This document shows positions 26,671 to 39,940 of a stretch of DNA of 64,000 nucleotides, piece by piece (within the stretch, counting starts at the first letter, position 1; every line of letters starts with the position of its first letter). Both the position numbers and the translations under genes were made by a program. The notes under the pieces are model-generated. The model was not told the DNA's origin. It saw only the letters and a program-made list of their open reading frames with translations, and ran no database searches. The stretch comes from Octopus vulgaris. Taxonomy: Eukaryota. The stretch is from contig OX597827.1 in assembly GCA_951406725.2 (NCBI GenBank), forward strand, positions 43,586,001 to 43,650,000, given 5' to 3'.

Positions 26671-26767
26671 TTGAATTTTCTGCTGCTTAAAATAAAGCAT
26701 ATTACTCTACCACTGGCATTTGAGTACTCTTTTTTTCCACCTTGTTTCACATTTATGTGTTTACTCC

Positions 26768-26805
<38 letters not shown>

Positions 26806-26808
<3 letters not shown>

Positions 26809-26910
26809 GGGTTGGATAAAATAATGGAAACACCTGACATCCTAGAATCAATTTTGAAATATCTATAAAACCGTCATAAGCTTGTTTATTTTTGTGTTTT
26901 TTTATTTATT
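26806..26910 (+). mobile_element. Second Tc1-like left end
   Basis: Direct repeat of 25894-26010, preceded by (TA)n. Confidence 0.8.
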
Positions 26911-27161
26911 ATTAGTATTTATTATTAGTATTTATTAGTATGTTATATATATTTATATCTATATATTTATATATGTGTATATATATGTGTGTGTGTGTGT
27001 GTCGCCATGATTGACCGCTAAATCTACAAGATTTTATTCTCTCTTTCCCTCTCTCTCTAAATATATATACTCATATCTATACAAATATTTTCTTATTGTT
27101 TTATATGTTTTAGCCTTGAGGCTACGGCCATGCTGGGGTATAAATTCATATATCGTATATT

Positions 27162-29587
27162 TCGTATTTACTATTCTGTATAAGTCGCACGATTTTATAA
27201 TTGATTTACTTGAAATAACTCTAGAGTACGACATTATGCATGGGACAACTCCAAAACCTTCTCTCTGTTCGCGCTACCTGTCTATCTACCTATAGTTTAC
27301 TCACGGTCTTTACCATCTGACGCCATGTTTGAATAAATTCCAGACAATAACTTTTATATTCCACTCAAATCTTATGAAATTAATAAACTCATATATTATT
27401 GATAACACAAATCCCATCTTATTGATCGTTTATCTGTATTTATTTGTAAATGTCACTGAATAATATGAAAAAATATCTATGCTCAATCATAAGAAATATG
27501 ACGAATGAAGCGCTTTGAGTGCAGCCATTTTGAATAAATTGCTGAATATGAATGTATAAAAATGATTATCAGCAAAACTGGTCTTTGAATTTTGCCGACT
27601 ATTTTAATAATTAGCAGTGATAACTTGCTCATTTCTTTAATTAAAGGCCCATCTAACTGTAAAATTATTCATCCATGGAAAATTGTGTTTAGATAAGTTG
27701 GCTGTTGTTATAACGTTCATTAGTGATACCGCTAATTACATACTGTTTTGTCAATGTGCCTTGGTTATGCATCGCTAATTAATCAAATTAACGAACCTGG
27801 TTAAATATAAACAATGTACAAAGGAAAACAGCTTACATAAACAATCCTTTAACATAACTAATTCTATAAAAGTGAGAACTTTCTTTGAGTGATGACTCTG
27901 TTATAATGTCTGTTTATGGTGAAAAGGAAAAACCTTACTTATATAATACTGCTGTTAAGCTTCAGGTTGTAATCTTGCTGAGTTGAATAGTAACAGAGCT
28001 GCTGAAAGGGTGTTTTAAGAGATTGGCGAAAGCAAAAGGAATCTCTACTATAATGCCCAAATTCATATGTGCCGAAGAAAAGAGGTTCACTATCTGGATA
28101 TGGAGAAGCAACCAGGAGACTGGATTACAAACCAAAAGGGCGATAATTTTATTCTGACTTTGCTGCAGATTCGTCAAAACGCTACCAACAGATCTTTCAT
28201 TCAAACTTTGGAACGGAGGGGTATAGATATCTATGAAAAGACATCGATTCAGTCAACGATAGAAAAAAAAACAAAACAAAGGTCTATCAGAAAATACTCC
28301 CTGACTTTAATGACAAGATAACTGTCTTCCATACTTTTGTCGTCAAGTAAAGGAAACAATTTGATTTTGTACTTAGCCAGGGAGAGAATACGGGCGAAAG
28401 TCCTATGTTCTTTGATCTACTTGGAAACCAAACAATTGATACCAGAGGAAAGAAAACTATACTAATATGCACAACAGGACATGAGAGGACACATTTCTCA
28501 ATAGTGCTTGGATGTAATGCTAATGGAAACAAACTAAAATCAATTGTGATATTCAAGAGGGAACAATAGGAAAGTGAAAGAGGCTAGCACCTGGGGCAAG
28601 AGTAGACTAACATCCTAAGTGCTGAGGGAATGAAACGGGTTTAGTAATCTGGTTCACTAAAGTATAGAATGCAAGACACTTCTAAAGTACAAAGCTCAGC
28701 TAATATTGGACAACTTTTGTGCTCATAAGTGGGAGATGAAACAGTAGAAAGTGAACAAAATTAACTCTGTCCAAGCTGTAATACCAGGAGGACTTATATC
28801 CTTGTTAAATCCCTTAGATGTCGTGATTTACAAACCATCTAAAGACAGAGTGTAGTGTCAGAAATGTAAGATCTGGACGGTTTCAGACAAGGAAGAATTG
28901 ACCAAGGGAAACAACTTAAAAAAAAAACAAGTTTATCATTGTTAACTTCGTGGATTATTACCTAGGTGGGGTGACATTCTGTGTCAGATGGTCAATAGAA
29001 TATTTCTTAATATAGAAATATCTACCAGGATGGATGCAACGGAGGATGACTGTCTTTTGGGAGGACTACGAAAACCAAAATGACGACTTGGAGGAAACGG
29101 ACACTTTTACTCCAAGATGAGACATAGCTGAGGCAATTAGAGAGAAGGGATGAACTTTGAGGGTCACAGTGATGAAGATACCATTCTTCTAGAATTTTAA
29201 TTGGTTTTAATTGATATTTGATGTGAATTGTAATTAATATTTTCCTGATTTTAATTTGAGTTTTAATGTAATTTTATATAGTTTTATTTGGTATTTAGCT
29301 TTTATATTTTCGTGCGATTTTTCCTTGTTTTCTAGTTGTAACTTGCGTTACATAATTTTATTTCATTGTTTGTTTTCAATATTACTAATAATTATTTTCC
29401 ATAGTATTGTTTATGATTTAGTTTTGTATGTGAATAAATTTGTTTCAACATGGACGCTTGTTTTGTTGACTCAAGCAAAAGTAATTAACGTTGTCAGTTA
29501 TGATATCAAATTTGAATATGAAGACCAAAAGATTTTGTACCAAGATTTAACATTAAATTAGGGATGTGATTTATACACGAGTAAATA

Positions 29588-29591
<4 letters not shown>
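27162..29591 (+). mobile_element. Decayed pogo/Tigger-family DNA transposon with remnant TIRs
   Basis: TIDTRGKKTILICTTGHERTHFSIVLGCNANGNKLKSIVIFKR, LILDNFCAH, AVIPGGLISLLNPLDV (DDE_1 motifs); termini CGTATTTACT..GTATAAGTCGCAC and GTGATTTATACACGAGTAAATATG are imperfect inverted repeats. Confidence 0.8.
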
Positions 29592-29634
<43 letters not shown>

Positions 29635-29680
29635 TGTGTATGTGCGCGTGTATAAATATGTATGTATGTATATATATATA

Positions 29681-29741
<61 letters not shown>

Positions 29742-30063
29742 TAAGAAAGTTGGTTTGTGAAAGCACGTGGGTGAATATATAGAAAGTAGTAAAGAGTGAA
29801 ACAACGACAGAAGGCTTAAATGTTAAAAAATATATATATATTTGCGTCAATATGTCTGAAGAATATTAGTAAATTTTTTTTTTAAATTTTTTTCTCTTAT
29901 AATGACATAATTTAAAAGAAAGACCGGTTTCGCGTGTAGCTTTTCAAATTTCTTGTGACGTTATGTTTATGTTGAATAGAGTTATCGTTGTGTTTATTTT
30001 CAGAAGAGTTCTAAATAAGGGGAGGTAGTGAGTGATTTATTCCGGTGTAAGGAAGATAATCGC

Positions 30064-30445
30064 TTAAAAATTTTTTCCTCTCCCTTGGTGTGATTTTCTC
30101 TGTATCAGTATGTTCGGATGATTGAGTCTGGGCTTGTACTTTTCAATGAAGAATGTTTCCTTGTTTAGTCTAATTTGTGTTGATGATCCGAAAGCACATT
30201 GGTAAAATGGAAAGATTAAAAATTGTGGTAGTAGTTGCTTTGCGCATTTCTCAATGTACTCACTAAAAGGTATCATTCTATCTTCTGGGAATGCAATCTG
30301 TTGTCGATGCAGTGTGCATCTACGTCTGAGTGAAAGTCCCGTGGAACCCACGTAGTCTTGGTGGCAGCCCGAGCATTTTATGACATAAATTATGTTTTCA
30401 GAGGCACAAGTAAAGTTAGATTTGATCTTGAATTTCTGTCCCTCT
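30064..30445 (-). pseudogene. Penelope-like element GIY-YIG endonuclease fragment
   Basis: KIKSNFTCASENIIYVIKCSGCHQDYVGSTGLSLRRRCTLHRQQI...RLNKETFFIEKYKPRLN: IIY..C..C...YVG.T, R, E and LN motifs; no RT domain or start codon. Confidence 0.9.
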
Positions 30446-30666
30446 TTAATCTTTCCATATATAATTGAGTAGTTGAATGAATCATCTTATGGATAATTCG
30501 GTTAACCGATACCTGGGTAGCAAATTCACGTCAGAAAAACACGGTTGAAGCTACATGCCTAGGGCAGAGATCACGTGCTATCGTGTGGAAATTTGTGTGT
30601 TTTTTTGAATACAAATAAATGAAAGAATGGAGTTGAACGACGAATTAACAAAATTCCTTTATTTTA

Positions 30667-30749
30667 TTTTCGACACATGTTTCGAAGGCTGCATATTCCT
30701 AATTTCGAAGGAATAAGGGGTGCATTATGCCGCCTTCTCATCAGGAAAA
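30667..30749 (-). ncRNA. Type I hammerhead ribozyme motif
   Basis: Minus: ttttc CTGATGA GAAGGC...GCCTTC GAAAC ATGT GTC gaaaa. Confidence 0.8.
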
Positions 30750-30859
30750 GTAAGGAACTTATGTCAGCATCAAGATGCACAAAAATTTTCGCTATGGGCT
30801 CCGTGTGGGCACGCATCAAAAAATTTTTGTGCATCTTGATGCTGACATAAGTTCCTTAC

Positions 30860-30942
30860 TTTTCCTGATGAGAAGGCGGCATAATGCACCCCTTATTCCT
30901 TCGAAATTAGGAATATGCAGCCTTCGAAACATATGTCGAAAA
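30860..30942 (+). ncRNA. Type I hammerhead ribozyme motif
   Basis: ttttc CTGATGA GAAGGC...GCCTTC GAAAC ATAT GTC gaaaa: 5-bp helix I, intact core, palindromic helix III, GUC site. Confidence 0.85.
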
Positions 30943-30995
30943 TAAAATAAAGGAATTTTGTTAATTCGTCGTTCAACTCCGTTCTTTCATTTATT

Positions 30996-31050
<55 letters not shown>

Positions 31051-32258
31051 GTCTGCATGTATATGTCGTGTGTGTATGTATATATGTATTTATGAATGCA
31101 TGTGTGTGTGAATTGTGGGTTATGTGTACACGTACTCTATAAAGTTAAATAGTTTCAGTCATTGGGCGTGCTGCCAGGCAGGAGCATGGCTTCGCACGTG
31201 TTTGTCCATGGTGTCTACCACAGTATTGTTTTCACTCAGGTGCCTATTTTAGTCAAGTAAATAATAACCAGGCATGACAGCAATAATAAAAATGTAGAAA
31301 ATTAAATATAAAACAATAACGAAATGGATAATGTGTAAAGTCATATTATTAAAATCTATGTAAGACGAAGAAAATGTTACGTAGACGTTTCGGATATATT
31401 CCCTTCGTCGAGAGAGATGGAAGGTGAAAGGTAAGAAAAAAACGGAAAGTAAAAAAGCAAGTGGAAAGATGTTTTAGCTTTGTGGTGTGCCCTCTGTTTA
31501 ACATTTTGCTCATTATGTTTTTTTCCATACTGGTATTTTAGCTAAATATTAAATACATAGGTATCATCAGATGAATCTGTAGTAGACTTAAGCCAGATTC
31601 ACTTAATGTTTTTAAAGATTATTTTTCGTCAATCTCTATTTGTCAGACCATCTGCACACGGCGCAGAAAAAATGATAATATGAAAGTAACCTAAACACAG
31701 ATGTGGGGATAAACTATGATTCTGGCATAATTTGCGGCTACTGTATACAAGCAATCGTAAATGCTATTAAAGGAGTTAGGAAGTCGAGTATATATTCGCT
31801 GAGGAGTTATCGAGAAATTGTGAAACGGTCCATCAGGTGACAACTGCTTTCTCTTTTCTTCTTCACATTAATGGCATAGAAAGTATATGTTTACAAACTT
31901 ATTTCGTTTTCTGCGAAGCATTTTAATATTTAAATATATTTCCCTTCTGCTGGTTTACGCTGTGTTATTCATAAAATAGATACTATATACTTAATGACAA
32001 GTCGTTAAAAGCCCAGATCTGCAGATTTGGGTGATCTACCAACGTAGCAGTAATCTGATTTATGATTTGCTTATATTTAGTACCTGAATGGTCTATACTG
32101 TAGAATGGGGAAAGAAGCCGATTATGTCTTCTCTGAGAAGCAGTGATTAACGCGTAAAATGATCTGAAAGGAGATTTCTTGTTTTCTTTTCTTCAATCCC
32201 ATGAAGAAAGGATGTACAGTCTTCTTTCATTAACAGCGATGATTTTCACTATTTCAAT

Positions 32259-32335
<77 letters not shown>

Positions 32336-32454
32336 AACAAACAAACAAACACACACACTCACGCACATATTTTTTTTAATGTTTTCAGGAAATATCCTTG
32401 ATACAGTCACAAAATTTGAAGAGAGGTCTTAAATCTAATGTTGTTTAATATATT

Positions 32455-32655
32455 GGTTTCAAATTTCGGTACAATGCCAGCAGTTTCAAGGGAGGGAGTA
32501 CGTCGATTACATCGACCCCAGTGATGAACTGGTACTTATTCTGTCGATCCCGAAAGGATGAAAGACAATGTCGACTTCGGTGGAAATTGGACTCCGATCG
32601 TAAAAATGGACGAAACGCCGCTAAACATTTTCCTCTGCGTGATAACAATTCTAAC
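32455..32655 (-). mobile_element. SINE family B, diverged
   Basis: GTCGATTACATCGACCCCAG...CCCGAAAGGATGAAAG. Confidence 0.75.
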
Positions 32656-33439
32656 AGCCTTCGATGTGATTTAACATATTAAAAAATACTTTTAAAAAAT
32701 GAAGTAATTATTTTGTGTTAAAAGCTTTCTCCTGTTTTCAGCTTTTCAAATATCCGTGTTCATATACATTCATAAACACACCATAAAAACACACACATGC
32801 GTATAGGTACACACGCACACTTGAAAGATATATATATTTTATATGTTACTAAATAAATTCTTCATAGCATACGAGGTAAGATTCCGTTTCACTGAAAACA
32901 TCTAAGCTTCCGAAGTAAGTAAACAAACACCAAGTGGTAATTACAATCAACTCCGAATAAGGAAAGAAAATCTTAAGAATCAAGTATTATCCAGAATTAA
33001 TATGTCATAAAGGTTAAAAAATAAGCCTGTGTTTCTTTTCCTTCTCAAGATAAGTAGATAAACACACTCTCACGCTCACCTACATACATACAGACACATA
33101 CATACACAAACTCGCACACGCATACATACACTAGCAGACCAAAAACTTTAATAGACGTGTTGCTTGTTATTCAAACCCATAAGCAAACTCGTTTCAACAC
33201 ACCAGATGCCACTACAGATCACACACACAGTGACGGTTATCGCTGCCATCTTTACCATCTTCATAACTTTTCTATTTAATTATAAATGAATTGTTTCTGA
33301 AGAAATCTTAGATAACAAAAGCAAGAACTTCGATCTTGTTTGGGGCAATATTAGACTGAGAAATTTATGTATGCATACGTGTAGGCATGTATGTATGCAT
33401 TCATGTTTATATGAATGTATTTCTGTATCTCTCTGTCTA

Positions 33440-33720
<281 letters not shown>

Positions 33721-33857
33721 CCCACATCTTCAGTTGCTGAATGCTAAATAGATTACCTGTACACTGGAAACAGCAAACACGTCGTCCATCACTTTAACCT
33801 CGTTTACTAAGATACAAAGCCAGCTTATTGTATTTCTCTGTTATTTTGAATTTTGTT

Positions 33858-34045
33858 ATTCTTTTACTTGTTTCCGTCATTGGACAGCGGCCATTTTAGG
33901 TTTTCGCCGGGAAAATCGATCACGGCACTTACATTTTGGCTCATCTCTGGTGTTTGTTCTATCAATATCTTTTTGCCGAACCACTAAATAGGAGGGCGTA
34001 AACTGATTGTCGCGTGCTATGGCGAGAAACACAAAGACACACATA
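33858..34045 (-). mobile_element. SINE family A, diverged 3' half
   Basis: TCTTTTACTTGTTTCCGTCATT...CTTTTTGCCGAACC. Confidence 0.65.
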
Positions 34046-34120
34046 CATACACATGTGCATACATGCACACATGTATATAAGATACTATAGACATGTAAAT
34101 GCGTATATGTATATATATAC

Positions 34121-34141
34121 GCAGGAGTGGCTGTGTGGTAA

Positions 34142-34182
<41 letters not shown>

Positions 34183-34572
34183 AGTGGCTGTGTGGTAAGT
34201 AGTTTGTTTACCAACCACATAGTTCCGGGTTCAGTCCCACTGCGTGGCACCTTGGGCAAGTGTCTTCTACTATAGCCTCGGGCCGACCAAAGCCTTGTGA
34301 GTGGATTTGATAGAGGGAAACTGAAAGAAGCCCGTCGTATATATATATGCATGTGTGTGTGTTTGTGTGTCTGTGTTTGTCTCCCTAGCATTGCTTGACA
34401 ACCGATGTTGGTGTGTTTATGTCCCCGTCACTTAGCGGTTCGGCAAAAAGAGACCCATAGACTAAGTACTGGGCTTACAAAGAATAAGTCCCGGGGTCGA
34501 GTTGCTCGACTAAAGGCGGTGCTCCAGCATGGCCGCAATCAAATGACTGAAACAAGTAAAAGAGTAAAAGAG
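34121..34572 (+). mobile_element. SINE family A, full length with duplicated head
   Basis: Complete consensus; 22-nt head segment occurs twice around (TA)n. Confidence 0.9.
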
Positions 34573-34825
34573 TATATATACAGTACGTTTATATATTTGT
34601 TGTGCAAGATTTTTTATGTGAAGTCGTGTGTTGAAACAGATATCGTTATATTTCGGAATCGTCATTTTTGCCAGTTTAGCCAATAAAATCACACGCACTA
34701 TATATTTGGTGTTACATTGCTTCAGTGTTATTTATTTTTTACATTAATCTTAATCTTATTTCGGCCAGAGTTCTTTCTGGCGGTTAGTAAGGAGAGACAC
34801 AAATAAGAAAGAAGAAAACAAAGGA

Positions 34826-34865
34826 CCACTGATGCGGTCACAGGAGTGTGACGAAAGAACTCTGG
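34826..34865 (+). ncRNA. Hammerhead-like motif with one core substitution
   Basis: cca CTGATGCG GTCACA ggag TGTGAC GAAAG AA CTC tgg; perfect 6-bp helix II. Confidence 0.55.
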
Positions 34866-34881
34866 CCGAAATATAATATAT

Positions 34882-34942
<61 letters not shown>

Positions 34943-34955
34943 ATACGTGTATGTG

Positions 34956-35044
<89 letters not shown>

Positions 35045-35465
35045 GTGGCTGCCCCCTCGTTATCGTGTATGGCCATCGCACGAAGCTTAATCAATGTTGT
35101 TATTGTGCAATGCCTGTGCAAGAAGATTTTTTTTAAAGTGAGGAAATGCGATCGGGTATTCAGTCCGATTATTTCTATGTCCCCGCGCATGATACATCCT
35201 TAAGACATTTATTGGATGGCCGTTGACTCTCAAGAGTTCCTCCGCCCTTTGACGGGTTTTGTTTTTCATCCCGCAGGATGTCCAATAAACACCCTCCTCA
35301 CCAAGGAAGCTTGATGGGGTTATACATATATATGTATATATATATATAATACGTATGCATATATATATAATATGTGTGTGTGTGCGTGTATATGTGTATG
35401 TATATATATGTATGCATGTATGTATGTATAGATGGATACACAGATAGATAGACAGACAGGTAGAC

Positions 35466-35533
<68 letters not shown>

Positions 35534-35653
35534 GATAGATAGATAGATATATGACAAGAGAATTCATTCTCAAGGTATAAGTTGGCCCTGTGCCCCTGCG
35601 TGCACCTAGTCCAATGACTGAAAGAAGTAAAAGTTAAAAGATATATACATATA

Positions 35654-36166
35654 CTAGCAGTATCGCCCGGCGTTGCTCGGGTTTGTAAGGGAAATAACTA
35701 TATAAGCATTTTTAGAGAGTTACTTCCCTTATAGATGCCAATTCGGGCTTTCTTAGCCATTTCTGTTTTGGTGTCTTCAAGCCATGAAGTCGTTGTTCTA
35801 AAAGAACGCTGGTCTCCTTGACAACGCTTTACGACGTTGATTTCCTTACACTCCCTTCCCCACAGCTTCACGAGGGAGGGAAGAAAGGGGAGAAGCAAAC
35901 AGCTGCAGGTGTGACCGTGGACGCCAACTCCGCCGCCATCGACACACGAAAAATTATGCATTAAAATGGAACAAAAAATGATGTTAAATTATTTTTAAAA
36001 TCGTAGACTCATCGTAGACGCGCGCTAATACTCAGACGGGCTCGATATGAATCACGACTATAAGATACCCGAATTTGGTTAAACTGCACCGCAAAATGTG
36101 GGAGTAGTTAGGAATCTAAATCGAAGGGGACAGACACTCACACAACTACAGTTTTATATATATAGA
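35654..36166 (-). mobile_element. Non-autonomous Helitron
   Basis: Near-identical to 21723-22232; TC...CTAG termini, A|T target. Confidence 0.85.
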
Positions 36167-36654
36167 TATATATGTGAAGTTGTCATTGTGTCAATGTTAT
36201 TACAGAAAGTAATGCAGCAAAAGGATTAGCGGCTTTTCGTCAGTCCTAACGTTCTGAGTTTAAGTTCTACCGAAGTCGACTTTATCTTTCTTCCTTTCGG
36301 GGTCAATAAAATTAATACCAGTAGAGTAGTTGGGACAATGTAATCGACCTACCACTCACCCAGAGTGTTGGCCATGTGTTAAAATATGAAATCAAAATTA
36401 TTATTACTGAAAATTTATCTTCATGCCTAATACAAATTTTTTAAAATAACCTTGGCAATAGAGATATTAGCGTTTGGGAGTGAAGACTGAAAACAGAAAC
36501 CAAAAAAAAAAAAAAGAAAATCAAAGGCTCTTTGCGAGCCATATGCTCATAAAGCCAGTTTTCCGGATCTGTGACGTATATATTCTCCACCTGGATGATA
36601 CGCTGGACCGTCGCTGGATTATTCATTTTTGTGAGCTGGGTGAATTACATAAAC

Positions 36655-36958
36655 GTCGATTTTGCCTTTCATCCTTTCGGGGTCGATAAATTAAATACCA
36701 GTTACGCACTGGGTCGATGTAATCGACTTGATGCGTTTGTCTGTCCTTGTTTGTCCTCTCTGTGTTTAGCCCCTTGTGGGTAGTAAAGATATAGGTATTT
36801 CGTCTGCCGTTACGTTCTGAGTTCAAATTCCGCCGAGGTCGACTTTCCCTTTCATTGTTTCAGGGTCGATAAATTAAGTACCAGTCGTGTACTGGTTCGA
36901 TCTAATCGACTGGCCCCCCCTTTCCCAAAATTTCAGTCCTTGTGCCTAGAATAGAAAA
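36655..36958 (+). mobile_element. SINE family B (dimeric body); diverged copy also at ~36215-36395
   Basis: GCCTTTCATCCTTTCGGGGTCGATAAATTAA domain twice. Confidence 0.8.
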
Positions 36959-37622
36959 GAAAATGACACCACAAGACACGTGGCATAGTTTTTATTCTAC
37001 CGTAGTCAGTACGACGTAGACTTTTCTAAAATCAAAATATAAAATTAACAGCACTTCAGGCACATGGTAATTCACAAGTTTGTATCGATTAAACATTCAA
37101 TAAAATTAAAGCTACAAAAATGTTGAAAACATTGATTTCTGATAAAATACGAGGCCACAGTTTTGTGGGTAGCGGCACAGTCAATAATATCGATAACCGA
37201 GCACTTAACGAGTACATTTTTATCGATATTATAAAAATAAAAACAAAGCCGACCTTGACGGAATATGTACTGAGGACGTAAAGAATCCCACTCAAATACT
37301 GCATGGTGTTTTGTGTAACCACTCTACCGGTTACTTTAAGTCTGCACGAGAGACTCGAGTGTAACCGGTCGAAACTCCAATGACAGTATGGAACTCGACT
37401 GAGGATAGGAAGCAGCGAATGACCCGTCCTAGTTATTTTCTGTCCTTTTTTATCGTCTAACTGTCGGGATGTTTAGTTGTTGCCTGTTACGTCCTTGTTC
37501 CATATATATATATATATATTTAAAATGAGGGTGAGAAATTGGATATTAATTTAATTAAAATCAATTTAACACCAGTGGTCTAGCATATTAAAATTCTGAA
37601 GGTTCAGAATCTTATATATATA

Positions 37623-37769
<147 letters not shown>

Positions 37770-37799
37770 GTATATATATATGTATGTATATATATGGGG

Positions 37800-38400
37800 G
37801 GGCATGTGTCTATGTTTTGCCCCATCTCCGCTGGATAACCGATGTTGGCGCGTTTACATCCCCATAACTTAGCGCTTCGGAAAAAGAGAACAATAAATTT
37901 AGTACTTAGCTTTAAAAGTGCTGGGGTTCGACTCATTCGGTCAAAGTTCTCCAAAGGGATGCTCCAGCATGGCCGCAGTCTAATGACAAACTAGTAAAAA
38001 TGTAAACGATAACGGAAAAAAGATAAACGTAGGCGTAGGAGTGACTGTGTGGTAAGTAGCTTGCTTACCAGCCACATGGTTCCGAGTTCAGTCCCACTGC
38101 GTGGCACCTTGGGTAAGTGTCTTCTACAATAACCTCCGGCCGACCAAAGCCCTGTAAGTGGATTTGGTAGACGGAAACAGAAAGAAGCCAGTCGTATATA
38201 TATATATATGTATGTATGTGTGTGTATATGTTTCTGTGTCTGTGTTTGCCCCCCCCCCCCCCAACATCCGTAACTTCGCGGTCCGGCAAAAGAGAACCGA
38301 TAGAATAAGTACTAGGCTTACAAAGAATATGTTCTGGGGTCGATTTGCTCGACTAAAGGCGGTGCTCCAGCATGGCCACACTCAAGTGAAAGAGTAAAAA
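37800..38400 (+). mobile_element. SINE family A: diverged 3' half (37800-38000) and full copy (38031-38400)
   Basis: GGCGTAGGAGTGACTGTGTGG head to GGCGGTGCTCCAGCATGGCC tail. Confidence 0.85.
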
Positions 38401-38734
38401 GACTAGAGAATAGGCAAAAAGGCTAAAATTTGATAGAGAAGGGTTAAGTGACTGAATCGATTCCACTCACTGACTGTCGATAAATATTATCGATCTTTCA
38501 TCAAAACGCTGTAAGGTTAGGTAAATATAGCGGGATTTATACTCAAAAAGTTACGAAGTACTTCAGGGTATTTTGTCAGACGCTCTACCGACTATACTGC
38601 CTCCCCCTCGTTTAAAATAATTTTTAAAGAAGACATACATTTATTGATCTCAGTCGACGGCGGTGTATTAGTTGATTTGTTAAAGCGTCAAATAGAATTC
38701 TATATGCTTTTCTGAGTTCAATTCCTACCGAAGT

Positions 38735-39065
38735 TGAACTCGGCGGGATTTGAACTCAGAACGTGAAGTGTCGGAAGAAACATTGCTAAGCATTTTGTTC
38801 GGCTTGCTAACGGTTCTTCCAGCTCGCCGACTTAACAGTAATTATAATAAGGGTTTCAAATTTTAGCACAGAGCCAGCAATTTCGGGATAGTGGGGAAAT
38901 CGATTACATCAATGCAGAGAGCTTGACTAGTACTTATTTTATCGACCCCGAAAGGATGAAAAACCAAAGTCGACCTCGGTGGAATTTGAACACGGAACGT
39001 TAAAGCGGACGAAATTCCGCTAAGCATTTTGCTCGGAGCGGTAGCGACACAGTCAGCTAACTGCC

Positions 39066-39066
<1 letters not shown>
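38735..39066 (-). mobile_element. Two tandem SINE family B copies
   Basis: CTCGGCGGGATTTGAACTCAGAACG and ATCGACCCCGAAAGGATGAAA motifs. Confidence 0.7.
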
Positions 39067-39115
<49 letters not shown>

Positions 39116-39350
39116 TACCTCTGTAATCTTACACATTTTGCGTTATGGGAGATTACAATCCATTACATAGAGCCCAGTACTTAACTAGAATTTATTTTAT
39201 CCGTACCGTAAGAATGGAAAAAAAGTTAACAATTTTCCAAAAGGTTATTTGTAAATCCTGCTTTGTAGATTTTTCTAAAGTAAGTCTTTTCGAAATTTAT
39301 CGCAAAACCCATAGATTACGTTCATGCTTTATATATATATATATATACAT

Positions 39351-39464
<114 letters not shown>

Positions 39465-39940
39465 GTGAATGTATCATAAAAGAAACCACAGTAGATCTCG
39501 TTGCCAACATGAACTGAAGCACAAAATGTATGTCTCTTTAAGAATATTTCTTCCCATATATTTATAGCGATTGCTATGCTTTTAGTTCCATGCGAAATAT
39601 TGGTCAGCCGGTCAGCAATTAGGACAGCAGGTACTTTGACCGAATGTATTGGTGCAAGCAATTATGAAAGAGGAATAGTGTCAAGTGCCTTTTTGTAATC
39701 AAGTCAATTGCCTCGAGGTCTCTGCGATGATTTTCTTAAAAATTTTTGATACTTTTTATTTTATTCCAGACAGTTCAGCCATTTTGATTTTTGAATATGT
39801 CCTCACACTTCCCACGCTCTTTCGTCTACCTATTCCGTGTCACTCCCTGTCTTGTTAGACCCGCAGTATTTTTAGAGCAATCGGTGTAAATACAGAGTTT
39901 AAACAAATGATTAGATCTATATTTTTCAATTACTGTAAAT

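Larger units (their letters stand above)
30465..31000. mobile_element. Penelope-like element family 1 with 181-bp inverted arms
   Basis: Arms 30609-30789 and 30820-31000 are near-perfect reverse complements with a 30-nt spacer; followed by (TA)n. Confidence 0.85.

Noticed and set aside
29920-30010. Hammerhead-like pieces downstream of the GIY-YIG ORF (CTGAAAA...GAAACCGGTC)
   Set aside because: Core is mutated and neither helix I nor helix II can be paired convincingly.
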